39,619 nt of DNA from a virus. Its lineage: Duplodnaviria > Caudoviricetes. The stretch is from positions 1 through 39,619 of the IMG/VR virus record IMGVR_UViG_3300043803_000406; one strand, 5' to 3'. The notes beneath the pieces are model-generated. The model searched no databases, was not told the DNA's origin, and worked only from the letters and a program-made list of their open reading frames with translations. Both the position numbers and the translations under genes were made by a program. Positions within the stretch are counted from its first letter, which is position 1, and every line of letters starts with the position of its first letter. Shown piece after piece: positions 8,902-18,817 of the stretch.

Positions 8902-10803
8902 CTAAGCATTTCTCGATAAAAGAATAAATCCTGCGGTGGCGTTGGCGTTGCTGCCTGCACCTTGCCCTCTAGACCCTGAGCCATAATTTGTTCCCGATAT
9001 ATTGATCCCAGCATAGTTAATAACATTTCTATTTAGACCGCTTCCTCCTGGTCCAGAGCCAGCAACGCTAGAGCCAGTACCACCAGAGTTACCACTACCA
9101 CCTGAGCCCCCAGCATTTCCAGCAGAACCTCCAATCCCTCCATTAGTGGTGCTGTTAGAACTTCCTCCATAACCATCTGCGTAATTGAAACTGCCACCAC
9201 CACCTCCACCACCTGAACCTCCATTACCGCCCGCACCAGAATTGTTAGCATTTGGTGCCGCCCCACCGCCATTTCCGCCAGCGGCGTTTAGATTACTAAA
9301 AGAAGTTGTTCCTCCAGCATTTCCAGCAGTTCTGGTTGCATTGTTGCTAGTGTATATGCCATTCTGCGTACCTAACCCCGAACTTCCACCACCGCCGACT
9401 GTCGCAGTAACAGACCCAGAGTTAATGGTCACGTTTCCTGTTGTATAAAAACCACCTCCACCAGAACCGCCTTCGTAATTATCTGAACTACCTAATAATT
9501 GCTGAGAACCAGAGGCATTACTAACCGTCTGATTGTAAACATTGGAACTACCACCTCTACCACCGCCACCTCCAAGAAGATGTGCTGTATATGTTGCTGG
9601 GTATGATGATGGCGTAAATGCTTGTGTTGAAGTAATTAAAAATACTTCGCTGGTTGTCGATGTGGCTGAGGCAGATGCCGCAGATGCAATAGAAGTTCCA
9701 TTGGCATTAGTTGCTCTAACTGTAAATGTATAAGAAGTTCCATCGGCAAGACCTGAAACTGTAATTGGGCTTGAGGCACCTGTGCCAGTAAATCCACCAG
9801 GAGAAGAAGTCGCGGTATAGCTCGTAATTGCGGAACCACCATTAGATGCAGGTGCCGTAAAAGCAACTTGTATGCTCTTATAGGCGGAAGTAACCGCTCC
9901 AATAGTAGGAGCCTGTGGAACTGTTGATGGTGTAAGAGAGGATGATGCACTGCTTGTAGACGAGTTACCATTTTCATTTGTTGCAATCGCTGTAAAAGTA
10001 TAAGAAGTTCCTGCACTTAAACCAGAAACTGTTACTGGGCTAGATCCTGTTGCAGTAAAAGAACCTGGAGAAGAAGTTACCGTAAAACTACTAACTGCTT
10101 TGCCTCCAGTGGCATTGGATGTTACTGGAACAGAGGCAGAAGTTGTAGATCCAAACGCTACTCCAGTTACGTTTGTTGGTGTTCCAACAGTAGGTGCTTG
10201 AGGAACTGATGTTGGTGTAAGAGAAGATGATGCGCTTGAAGCAAGAGCGTTACCGTAACCGTTTGTTGCAGTTACTGTAAAAGTATATGTTGTCCCTAAA
10301 GTAAGTCCAGTTAATCTTATTGGAGAAGAGGACCCAGATGCGCTAATTGCTCCTGGGGATGATAATGCTGTAAAAGATGAAACAAGTCCTCCGCCTGAGC
10401 CAGGTGTAAATGCAACATCTACTGATCCTGAACCATAAGCAACGTTTGTACCAACATCTGTTGGTGTGCCAATTGTTGCTGATGTAGGTATTACTCCAAG
10501 TTGTGACCAGCCACCAGATGTATAAACCTCAATATATGATGTTTGTGTATTTGAGTGTATGTCGCCTAATGCAGGTGATCCTGGTCTACTTGCTGTATTA
10601 CCTTTTGTATATCCATTTGGTAATGTTACCCAAGATGTGGAGGTGCCATTTGTTTGTAAAACTTTTGATGTGTTATCTGTTTGTACTGGGAGTAATGCAT
10701 TTAGAGCATTATTAGCAGATGTTTGTCCTGTTCCGCCCTCTGTTAAAGGAAGGGGGGTGCCCAGATCTAGTCCTGACTTAACTTTAAAATCTTTGTCTGC
10801 CAA
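8902..10803 (-). CDS. FN3-repeat plus glycine-rich fibre/adhesin
   Basis: Three FN3-like repeats (YTFTVTATN), polyglycine C-terminus; TTG start at 10803 after a GGGGG RBS gives MADKDFKVK. Confidence 0.8.
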   Translation of the reverse strand: MADKDFKVKSGLDLGTPLPLTEGGTGQTSANNALNALLPVQTDNTSKVLQTNGTSTSWVTLPNGYTKGNTASRPGSPALGDIHSNTQTSYIEVYTSGGWSQLGVIPTSATIGTPTDVGTNVAYGSGSVDVAFTPGSGGGLVSSFTALSSPGAISASGSSSPIRLTGLTLGTTYTFTVTATNGYGNALASSASSSLTPTSVPQAPTVGTPTNVTGVAFGSTTSASVPVTSNATGGKAVSSFTVTSSPGSFTATGSSPVTVSGLSAGTSYTFTAIATNENGNSSTSSASSSLTPSTVPQAPTIGAVTSAYKSIQVAFTAPASNGGSAITSYTATSSPGGFTGTGASSPITVSGLADGTSYTFTVRATNANGTSIASAASASATSTTSEVFLITSTQAFTPSSYPATYTAHLLGGGGGRGGSSNVYNQTVSNASGSQQLLGSSDNYEGGSGGGGFYTTGNVTINSGSVTATVGGGGSSGLGTQNGIYTSNNATRTAGNAGGTTSFSNLNAAGGNGGGAAPNANNSGAGGNGGSGGGGGGGSFNYADGYGGSSNSTTNGGIGGSAGNAGGSGGSGNSGGTGSSVAGSGPGGSGLNRNVINYAGINISGTNYGSGSRGQGAGSNANATAGFILLSRNA

Positions 10804-10942
10804 TTTATAACCCCCTATCAATCATATATTATTTTACCATCATTTGCCTCTTAAATCTATCTTTTTAATTTGCAACTTAAAAATATAGAGTATAATATAA
10901 AAAAATTAATTTAACAAAAATGGCTGTCTCTCTTGAAAAGTT

Positions 10943-11110
10943 CTATTCAGTAGGCTTACTAAATACATCATTTTCATAATAAAAGCCAACTTCTACATTT
11001 AGATATTCTACGCATTGTAGTTGGGTGGCTTCTTCTGCCTCTTCCTTGCTAGTGGCAACAATACAATTTACTACTACGCCATTTTCAATAACAGCAAAAG
11101 TTTTTTCCAT
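10943..11110 (-). CDS. Small partner protein, 55 aa (not in ORF track)
   Basis: MEKTFAVIENGVVVNCIVATSKEEAEE...; AAGGAG RBS; paralog of 15314-15520. Confidence 0.75.
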   Translation of the reverse strand: MEKTFAVIENGVVVNCIVATSKEEAEEATQLQCVEYLNVEVGFYYENDVFSKPTE

Positions 11111-11138
11111 TTTAATCTCCTTTATTTTAATTTATCTT

Positions 11139-12854
11139 TTATCGTGTGTAAATAAGTACTTGACCTGCTCTACCAGCACCACCACTACCTGCAGCAGAAT
11201 TATTGGTAAAATAACTTCCAGCTATCTCAGTTGCCGCTTGCGAACCGCCACCGCCTCCACCGCCCCCTGAGCCAATGTGTGAAGTTGCAGCACTACCTGC
11301 ATTTCCAGCATTAACCGTTCTTGAACCGTAAGACGAGTTAGCATTTCCACCATTTCCGCCATTTCCGCCCGAAGCAGCGCCTGTGCCACCTGCTCCACCG
11401 TTACTTGTTGTTGCATAGTTTTCGCTTGCTTCAGCATAGGCACCACTTCCACCACTCATACCACTTGAGCCTCTTGTTATTTGAGTTCTGGCACGATTGG
11501 TGTATCCAATAGCTGTTGTCGTAGTTACATTTGGTGCTGCATTTGCGGTTATAATTGCTCCCGCAACATTGCTTGATGCGGTAGTGTTAGTTGGAGCAGT
11601 GGCCAAGGAGCCTAAAGATGATGTTCCGCCAGCGGAACCTACAGTAACAACATAAACATCGCCTGGGGTTACTGCAAACTCTTCAAAAGCAACGGCACTT
11701 GCTGCTCGACCACCAGTACCACCAGGTTGCAAAGCACTGCCACCGCTATTTCCGCTTCCACCACCACCAATAATATAGGCTGACATTAGTTGCGCTCCAG
11801 CTGGAACAGTAAAGTTTTGAGTATTATTAGCCGTCAGTCTCAAAGTGTAGTTAGCTGCGGCTGGAGATACAGAGTTAGAAGCCGCAGAAGCCGCAGATGT
11901 ACCACTGGCATTTGTTGCTGTAACTGTAAATGTATAAACAGTTCCTCCAGTTAAACCAGAAACTGTTAATGGGCTTGAAGATCCTGTTGCAGTAAGAGAG
12001 CCTGGAGAAGAAGTTACTGTATACCCCGTAATAGCGGATCCACCAGTACCGTTAGCAGTAAATGTAACTGATGCAGACTGATCTGAGAGGGTAGCAGTAC
12101 CAATAGTAGGTGCTTGTGGCACTGTAGCTGGGGTTACCGATGATGAAGCAGAAGATGCAGAAGATGAGCCGTTAGCGTTTGTTGCAACGGAAGTAAATGT
12201 ATAAGAAGTTCCTGCAGTTAAGCCAGAAACTGTTAATGGGCTTGAAGCTGATGTTGCGGTAATAGATCCTGGAGAAGAAGTAACTGTATACCCCGTGATC
12301 GCAGATCCACCAGTAGCGTTAGCTGTTACTGGAACTGATGCTGTAAGGGTTCCTCCAAATGCTACTCCAGTTGGTGTTGTTGGAGTTCCAATTGTTGTTG
12401 CTTGTGGAACTGTTGTTACTGTAATTGCTGATGAAGGTGCGGATGCAAGTGAGTTTCCGTATGAGTTTGTTGCAGTTACTGTAAATGTATATTCGGTATT
12501 AGACTGTAGTCCTTCTACAACAACTGGTGAAGACACTCCAGTTGCAGTATAACCTCCTGGTGATGATACGACTGTATATCCAGTAATAAATCCACCAGAT
12601 GCTGGTGGTGTAAAAGCAACAGATGCTGCTCCATTATTGAATGCACGAGATGTTCCAACGTTTGTAGCTACAGCAGCTGTAGGTGTACCTGGAATTGCTC
12701 CTAATGTTACCCAGCCAGAAGCGGTATAAATTTCTTGTGCTCCCAATGTTCCATTATAATAAAAATCTCCAATTGATGCAGGGTCTGGTCTATTTGCTGT
12801 TGTTCCTTTAGGAATACTTGATCCGCCTGTAATTGATGTATAACTTAATGCCAT
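11139..12854 (-). CDS. FN3-repeat plus glycine-rich fibre/adhesin
   Basis: Paralog of 8902-10803; GGAG RBS before MALSYTS. Confidence 0.8.
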   Translation of the reverse strand: MALSYTSITGGSSIPKGTTANRPDPASIGDFYYNGTLGAQEIYTASGWVTLGAIPGTPTAAVATNVGTSRAFNNGAASVAFTPPASGGFITGYTVVSSPGGYTATGVSSPVVVEGLQSNTEYTFTVTATNSYGNSLASAPSSAITVTTVPQATTIGTPTTPTGVAFGGTLTASVPVTANATGGSAITGYTVTSSPGSITATSASSPLTVSGLTAGTSYTFTSVATNANGSSSASSASSSVTPATVPQAPTIGTATLSDQSASVTFTANGTGGSAITGYTVTSSPGSLTATGSSSPLTVSGLTGGTVYTFTVTATNASGTSAASAASNSVSPAAANYTLRLTANNTQNFTVPAGAQLMSAYIIGGGGSGNSGGSALQPGGTGGRAASAVAFEEFAVTPGDVYVVTVGSAGGTSSLGSLATAPTNTTASSNVAGAIITANAAPNVTTTTAIGYTNRARTQITRGSSGMSGGSGAYAEASENYATTSNGGAGGTGAASGGNGGNGGNANSSYGSRTVNAGNAGSAATSHIGSGGGGGGGGSQAATEIAGSYFTNNSAAGSGGAGRAGQVLIYTR

Positions 12855-12856
12855 AA

Positions 12857-13360
12857 CTATACTCTCCATCCATAAGTTGATCCGATATAAATTAATACAA
12901 CTGCTGCATTATTTGCATCAATGTCTAAATTTTGAACAGAACCATTTATTTTATTTGAATTTGAATTTACTGTAATTTTGTTTGTTGCTGCTGTTCCAGT
13001 TACATCAAATATATGAATTTCATCTCCTAAAGAAGGTGAGGCTGGAAGAGTTAATGTTCTAGCAGCAGAAGTATCAACCATATAATTAATATTTTTTGAT
13101 ATTGTTATATTTGAAGAAACTGAAACTGCTGTCCATAATGGAACAATTGACGCTAAAGATGTTGGAGCATATGTTGTTCCAGCTGATGAATACAAAAAGT
13201 CTGCTGATGTAGGAGATGTTGTTGTTCCTGTTCCGCCAAATTGTGTTGCAATTGAAGATGTTGAATCTATATTTCCAGAAGCGTCGGATACGACAGGTCC
13301 AGCAGAAGTAATACCTGCAACCTGTAACTTATTTTTAACTTTAAAGTCTTTATTTGCCAT
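12857..13360 (-). CDS. Tail fibre adaptor-like protein
   Basis: MANKDFKVK N-terminus; VDTSAARTLTLPASPSLGDEI, YGWRV end. Confidence 0.7.
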   Translation of the reverse strand: MANKDFKVKNKLQVAGITSAGPVVSDASGNIDSTSSIATQFGGTGTTTSPTSADFLYSSAGTTYAPTSLASIVPLWTAVSVSSNITISKNINYMVDTSAARTLTLPASPSLGDEIHIFDVTGTAATNKITVNSNSNKINGSVQNLDIDANNAAVVLIYIGSTYGWRV

Positions 13361-13412
13361 TCAAAGTTCACTCTCCCTCTGACGTTATATTATATATTAT
13401 ACCATGTTTAAA

Positions 13413-13769
13413 TTAAGATAGATCCCAATTACATGTATCTTCATTAAAGGTATAGGATAATTCTATTGTCCCGCCCTCATTATTTGGATCTTCAATTGTG
13501 GTCGGCGGCATAGGTGGAATAAAAGCATCTCTTACTGAATCATAAGTATAACCAATACCTGCATAATTCTTTCTAAATCCTGGTTCATCTGTAATTTCAT
13601 TTGTTTCAGGATTTCTACGTTTTCCTGCAATTGCATTATATGAAGTCTTTACCCAGGTTCCGCCAAGATTATCAATTAGCCATTGATATCCTTCATCAGG
13701 CTCATTATTGTCTCCAACAGTTACTCTTAAAACAATATTATTTTCATCAATTTCTGCCCAATGAGCCAT
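13413..13769 (-). CDS. Small partner protein (MAHWAEID family)
   Basis: WVKTSYN, FRKNYAGIGYTYD; paralog of 16619-16873. Confidence 0.75.
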   Translation of the reverse strand: MAHWAEIDENNIVLRVTVGDNNEPDEGYQWLIDNLGGTWVKTSYNAIAGKRRNPETNEITDEPGFRKNYAGIGYTYDSVRDAFIPPMPPTTIEDPNNEGGTIELSYTFNEDTCNWDLS

Positions 13770-13819
13770 TTTTTATCCTCCTGTTAAGTATATATTATTA
13801 TAACATATTTATTAAAACA

Positions 13820-13848
13820 TAAGCAGTTTGTATCCTTGCTCAGGGATA
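13820..13848 (-). ncRNA. H-type pseudoknot element, copy 3
   Basis: TATCC-C-TGAGCA-A-GGATA-CAAAC-TGCTTA. Confidence 0.6.
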
Positions 13849-13857
13849 AGTGACATA

Positions 13858-14727
13858 TTACACCGCCGTTTTCAAATAACGAACAACTACAGTACCTGAG
13901 CCACCAGCACCACCTATAGAGTTCACGTTTCCTGAGTTGAGGTTCGCACCCCCACCACCACCGCCGCCTGTGTTAGGGGTTCCTGCTGTTCCAGCACCGT
14001 TTACTGATGAACCTGCTCCACCACCACCAGCACCACCTGCTCCTCCTGCGCCATAGCAACCACCGCCACCACCACCACCAAGAGTTACACCTAATTGAGT
14101 AGCACCACTTCCACCTGCACCGCCTTGGTTAGAGTTTGGCGCTGTTTGTCCTACTGCTCCAGCACCACCCCCACCACCACCTGCAGGTGTTTGGTCCCCT
14201 GCGCTGGCTGCGCCTTGACCACCATTAAAATTTTGCGAACCAGTTCCAGCAGTATATATACCAATGTTGCCATATAGGTCTATATAAGCACCTGCACCAC
14301 CGCCATTGCCTCCGTTTGATGCTGTTCCGTTTGCTCCACCGCCTCCTCCAGTTCCAGTAAATGCGTTCAAAGAACTATTTGAACCGTTAAGTCCAGTAGT
14401 TCCTTGTTGACCTGCACCGCCTGCACCGATAGTTACGGTCCAATTACCTAGCAAACTTGCACTGCCCGTAGTTAAACCACCGCCACCACCTCCGCCTGCA
14501 GAGATTGCATACCACCCTCCTGCGGCTGTGTAGACTGAACCACCACCGCCACCACCACCAGCAACTACTACATAATTAAAACTTAATGTATCTACAGTAA
14601 CACCCAAAGTTCCGTTTGCAGTAAAAGTACGATAGTAATAAGTCGCATCAGATGTGAGTGTTCCACCTGTTACAACTGGTTTAGGTTTGACAAACGAACC
14701 AATCAATGCAGTTTGAATAGCACCCAT
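13858..14727 (-). CDS. Glycine-rich adhesin-like protein
   Basis: VTGGTLTSDATYYYRTFT, polyglycine, GGSGTVVVRY. Confidence 0.8.
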   Translation of the reverse strand: MGAIQTALIGSFVKPKPVVTGGTLTSDATYYYRTFTANGTLGVTVDTLSFNYVVVAGGGGGGGSVYTAAGGWYAISAGGGGGGGLTTGSASLLGNWTVTIGAGGAGQQGTTGLNGSNSSLNAFTGTGGGGGANGTASNGGNGGGAGAYIDLYGNIGIYTAGTGSQNFNGGQGAASAGDQTPAGGGGGGAGAVGQTAPNSNQGGAGGSGATQLGVTLGGGGGGGCYGAGGAGGAGGGGAGSSVNGAGTAGTPNTGGGGGGGANLNSGNVNSIGGAGGSGTVVVRYLKTAV

Positions 14728-15317
14728 TACGTCAATCCGTTTCCACTAATAATCCAAGACGTGCTTGTGATTTTGATAGCAGTAGCCATACCAAATGGTG
14801 CAAGTGTACGAGAACCTGTAGTTCCAGCACCTGCAAGAAGTAAAGTGTCAGATGTAATTGCAATAGTTACAGTTGCTCCAGTTGCTGCTACAAATGAAAT
14901 TGCAGTACCAACTGGGAAGGCAACTGATGCGTTAGCAGGGATTGTAATTGTACGAGTAGCAGTTGAGTAGATATGCTCACCAGCATCTGCAGCGACAATG
15001 GTGTATGAACCAGTTGTAGCAGCAGAACTCTGTGGTACACCCATATAACCAGCACCACGTGCAGCAGTTGTAGTTGTTGCATCTGTGATTGCTGAGGCAG
15101 AAGCCTTGGTATCTATCTGAGTCTGAATAGCAGAAGTAACTCCATCAAGGTAGCCAATCTCAGTATCGGTTACATTTGCAACACGAGCCTGAATTGTTGT
15201 TGTATCAACATCAAGTGTTACAGTACCTGATGTACCACCACCTGTTAATCCTGTACCTGCTGTTACTCCTTGAATATCAGCAGATGCATTGTCTGCATTT
15301 ACTCTTGCTTTAGTCAT
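14727..15317 (-). CDS. Tail fibre protein
   Basis: TEIGYLDGVTSAIQTQID repeat shared with 19601-21760; ends WIISGNGLT. Confidence 0.7.
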   Translation of the reverse strand: MTKARVNADNASADIQGVTAGTGLTGGGTSGTVTLDVDTTTIQARVANVTDTEIGYLDGVTSAIQTQIDTKASASAITDATTTTAARGAGYMGVPQSSAATTGSYTIVAADAGEHIYSTATRTITIPANASVAFPVGTAISFVAATGATVTIAITSDTLLLAGAGTTGSRTLAPFGMATAIKITSTSWIISGNGLT

Positions 15318-15520
15318 TCAGCTACCTCTGGTTCTGGTTCGATAATTACCTCTGGTTCAACTGGTGCTGACCAGGCTCCATTAGTACGAGTCCAATCAAT
15401 CCATAATCCATCAGTTGCTTCGACAACTTCTTTGCCAGTTAGTTCTGCAGCAAGTTCAGCAGAGTCAGCAACGATTACATTAAGTACTTTGTCGTTTTCA
15501 ATAATTGCATAGTTAGGCAT
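15314..15520 (-). CDS. Small partner protein
   Basis: MPNYAIIENDKVLNVIVADS. Confidence 0.75.
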   Translation of the reverse strand: MPNYAIIENDKVLNVIVADSAELAAELTGKEVVEATDGLWIDWTRTNGAWSAPVEPEVIIEPEPEVAE

Positions 15521-15532
15521 TTATATATCTCC

Positions 15533-16522
15533 TTATGACCAATAAATAACTGTTACGGAGCCATTGGCTCCTGCGCCACCTGCGCCAGACGATGCTGCTT
15601 GAGAGCAACCTCCTCCACCACCACCGCCAGCACCAAGTACAGTTGCCGTTTCTCCAGTACCAGCACCACCGACATTGTTTCCGCCAGCAGCACCTCCTGC
15701 AATTGCAGTACCTGCGCCACCACCAGCACCTCTATTGGTAGTAGATGACCAACCGCCACCGCCTCCACCGCCTGGAACATAAAGTAATAACTCTGTTGCA
15801 GAGGTTGGCTCAAAGCCTCTGTACCCAGAGACAGTCATATCTGGATAACTTTGATAATTTATTTCTGCTTGTCCAAAACCATTTTCTACTCTATTGGTTC
15901 TTTTTATTTTTAATTGGTTGCCTGAAGCGTTTGCAACAAAGTCAAAACCTGTTTGTCCTCCGTAGCCCCAAACACCTCCAGCGTAATGACCAGCACCACC
16001 TCCGCCAGCACCACCTCCGCCAGAGCGTTGACCGCCATTTGGTTTGCCAGCAAAGTTTGTACTTCCACCATAAATTGTAGATGCACCTAGGGTTATATTT
16101 CCACCATTATTACCATCAGTAGTATCATAACCACCAGCACCTCCACGACCTCCGCCAGGCGCTGTGTAACTTCCAAAACTTGTGTTTCCGCCAGCAGTTC
16201 CATTATTTCCTATTGCGTTTGCAGAAGATTGAGCGGCACCACCTGCTCCACCAGTTCCAATAGTTACTGTTACGTTAGAAGTAGCAGCAAAAGATGGCAA
16301 GTACATACAGTAACCCGCACCACCTCCTCCTCCACCGTTGCCTTGGTTGGAGTTGAAGCCACCTGAACCGCCCCCTCCACCAGCGCCTTGAATGTAAACT
16401 TCACAGACAAGTGGATTGTTTGAGTCATAACCTGCTGGCAAAGTAAATGTTCCAGAGGATGTAAATGTTACAGATTTACGAGTTACGCCGCCACTGGCGG
16501 CAGGAAATACTGATATAGCCAT
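15533..16522 (-). CDS. Glycine-rich adhesin-like protein
   Basis: TFTSSGTFT, polyglycine runs; GGAGG RBS before MAISVFP. Confidence 0.8.
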   Translation of the reverse strand: MAISVFPAASGGVTRKSVTFTSSGTFTLPAGYDSNNPLVCEVYIQGAGGGGGSGGFNSNQGNGGGGGGAGYCMYLPSFAATSNVTVTIGTGGAGGAAQSSANAIGNNGTAGGNTSFGSYTAPGGGRGGAGGYDTTDGNNGGNITLGASTIYGGSTNFAGKPNGGQRSGGGGAGGGGAGHYAGGVWGYGGQTGFDFVANASGNQLKIKRTNRVENGFGQAEINYQSYPDMTVSGYRGFEPTSATELLLYVPGGGGGGGWSSTTNRGAGGGAGTAIAGGAAGGNNVGGAGTGETATVLGAGGGGGGGCSQAASSGAGGAGANGSVTVIYWS

Positions 16523-16618
16523 TTTATAATACCTCCATTTATTTACAAACAAAACCTATACATATTATACCATCTTTATTAAAACATGAGAAGCTTAAAT
16601 TCATGATCAGGAACAGTT

Positions 16619-16873
16619 TTATTCTGTATGTTCTATTACTTCTGGAATAACAAACTCATTAGCAACTGGGTCGTACGTCATACCAACACCAGCATAATGT
16701 TTCCTAAAGTTTTTATTGTAGGAAGTTTGAATCCAAGTACCGCCAAACAGTTCTTCGCAAAATGCAGCACCAATGTCTTCTTGTTCAACTCCTTCGGAGT
16801 CAAGTAAAACTTCATTGTTTACCACGATTACTTCACGAACGATGTTATTTTCTATTCTTGCAAAGTGTGCCAT
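16619..16873 (-). CDS. Small partner protein (MAHFARIE family)
   Basis: WIQTSYN, FRKHYAGVGMTYD. Confidence 0.75.
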   Translation of the reverse strand: MAHFARIENNIVREVIVVNNEVLLDSEGVEQEDIGAAFCEELFGGTWIQTSYNKNFRKHYAGVGMTYDPVANEFVIPEVIEHTE

Positions 16874-17700
16874 TATCCAACCACCAATATCACTAGACCT
16901 GAACCACCAAGACTGCCTGGATTTCCTCCACCACCGCCACCGCCTGTATTAGCGGTTCCGTTGGTCGAGTTAGTACCTGTTGCTCCAGCAGCACCACCAC
17001 CAGAACCAGCAGCACCTGGGCTAACTGGACCCCAACCACCGCCGCCACCTGCTCTTGTTACAGATGAACCAGTAATTGAGTTTGCTGTGCCAGAACCACC
17101 AGCGCCACCTGAGTTGCCGCCAGGACTAGATGAACCACCGCCACCTGCACCTCCACCGCCACCGCCGCCGTTACCTGAGCCATTTCCACCACCACCGTTG
17201 TTGCCTAAGCCTGAAATGCCTACACCTGGGTCTATATTTACACCTAGACTGCTGTTATATCCACCGCTACCGCCACCTGAGCCTCCAGTACCTCCAACAG
17301 CGCCATATTGTGAGAGGTTACCGCCACCGCCTCCGCCGCCTGGAGAAAAATAACTACCCAAGCGTGAGGTTGAACCATTGGTTCCTGTTATTGAGACAGT
17401 GGTATTTGCATTTGTACCACCACCACCAACGGTTACAGTATTTGAACCAGCAGGCAAAAATGCAGAAGTATTATAAAGGAATCCTCCAGCACCGCCGCCA
17501 CCAAAACTTCCTCCACCTCCACCACCGATAACTAAAATCTCACAAGTGCCAGCAGTACCAATAGTTACGCTACCAGAACCAGTAAAAGTGTAAATAGTTT
17601 TACCTGGACGAGCAGATGTATTAACATTGGGTGAACCAGTGGTTCCAGTAACAGTTGCTAAAGGAACTCCACCCCCACCGACAGGGTTAAAAAATGGCAT
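16873..17700 (-). CDS. Glycine-rich adhesin-like protein
   Basis: YTFTGSG, ILVIGGGGGG, GGSGLVILV. Confidence 0.8.
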   Translation of the reverse strand: MPFFNPVGGGGVPLATVTGTTGSPNVNTSARPGKTIYTFTGSGSVTIGTAGTCEILVIGGGGGGSFGGGGAGGFLYNTSAFLPAGSNTVTVGGGGTNANTTVSITGTNGSTSRLGSYFSPGGGGGGGNLSQYGAVGGTGGSGGGSGGYNSSLGVNIDPGVGISGLGNNGGGGNGSGNGGGGGGGAGGGGSSSPGGNSGGAGGSGTANSITGSSVTRAGGGGGWGPVSPGAAGSGGGAAGATGTNSTNGTANTGGGGGGGNPGSLGGSGLVILVVG

Positions 17701-17710
17701 CTATATCTCC

Positions 17711-18433
17711 TTAAGCGTATTTGATTGGACCAGCACCAAAAACGGTGTAGGTCGGGGTTGCTGCGGTTTTAATAATAGTAAATGAGTAAGCATCTACTCC
17801 AGATGCGTTACCTGCTGCAGGTGTTGTACCTCCAGACCATAAAACAGTCTGTGCATTACCATCAATAGTTAATGCTGTGTGTCGATATGCAGTAGCACCT
17901 TGTGTTACTAAAAATGAAATTGTTAAAGAATCATTAGTTGCTAATTTTGAAGCCAAAGTTGTACCAGAAGTACCACGGACGTTGAGAGTCCAGTTAGCAG
18001 AAGCGTTAGTTGTGTAGTACAAAACACCCTGAGTATCAGCGTCAAACTGTACTGTTCCAGTAGCAGCAGTTGCTGAAATAGTAGTGCGCTCTTCAGGAGA
18101 GATGACTATAGGAGCAGTAAGAGTGGCAGCCGCCGAGAAATTGTTTGTACCAGTCCATGTATTACTTGTTCCTAGAATTGAAGTACCTGAAGTGCCTTGT
18201 GTTCCAGTTGTTCCCTGAGTTCCCGTAGTTCCCTGTGCACCAGTAGTTCCAGTTGTACCCTGTGTACCAGTAGTGCCTTGTGTTCCAGTTGTTCCCTGAG
18301 TTCCCGTAGTTCCCTGTGCACCAGTAGTTCCAGTTGTACCCTGTGTACCAGTAGTTCCTTGTGCACCAACGGGGGTAGAAATAGCAAGATCTTGCCATGC
18401 TGTTCCATCATATACTTTAACAACTTTAGCCAT
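17711..18433 (-). CDS. Short collagen-like fibre protein
   Basis: GTQ tract with an 81-bp tandem duplication; C-terminal domain shared with 2538-3974. Confidence 0.8.
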   Translation of the reverse strand: MAKVVKVYDGTAWQDLAISTPVGAQGTTGTQGTTGTTGAQGTTGTQGTTGTQGTTGTQGTTGTTGAQGTTGTQGTTGTQGTSGTSILGTSNTWTGTNNFSAAATLTAPIVISPEERTTISATAATGTVQFDADTQGVLYYTTNASANWTLNVRGTSGTTLASKLATNDSLTISFLVTQGATAYRHTALTIDGNAQTVLWSGGTTPAAGNASGVDAYSFTIIKTAATPTYTVFGAGPIKYA

Positions 18434-18499
18434 AATTTTATTTAGTCACCCCTACTAGGTTAATTACTGCGCTTGGCGCAAGAATTACATTAATACCCA

Positions 18500-18817
18500 T
18501 TATACAATCTCCATTCCGCTGATATGAAGATTAATTGTTGTAGCAGATGCTCCGCCTGTAATTGTCTTTGGTGTAGCATTTGCTGGAATTACTTGTTTGC
18601 AATCAATATAAACTGTTGTGTTTGCTGCAATTGCTGTTGTTGTATGCAATGCTACTCCATCAATGGCAAGTGTAAATGTTCCTGCTGATGCAGCAGTATT
18701 TGTGACAGCAATATTTGTTACAACTGTTGTTGTTGATGTAGTTGGAACTGTGTATAAAACTGTAGCGGTATTTGTTGTAGCCGCTCCTCTAAATAATGAT
18801 TTTGCTGTATTTGCCAT
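18500..18817 (-). CDS. Hypothetical virion protein
   Basis: Thr/Ala-rich ORF, translationally coupled to upstream gene. Confidence 0.65.
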   Translation of the reverse strand: MANTAKSLFRGAATTNTATVLYTVPTTSTTTVVTNIAVTNTAASAGTFTLAIDGVALHTTTAIAANTTVYIDCKQVIPANATPKTITGGASATTINLHISGMEIV

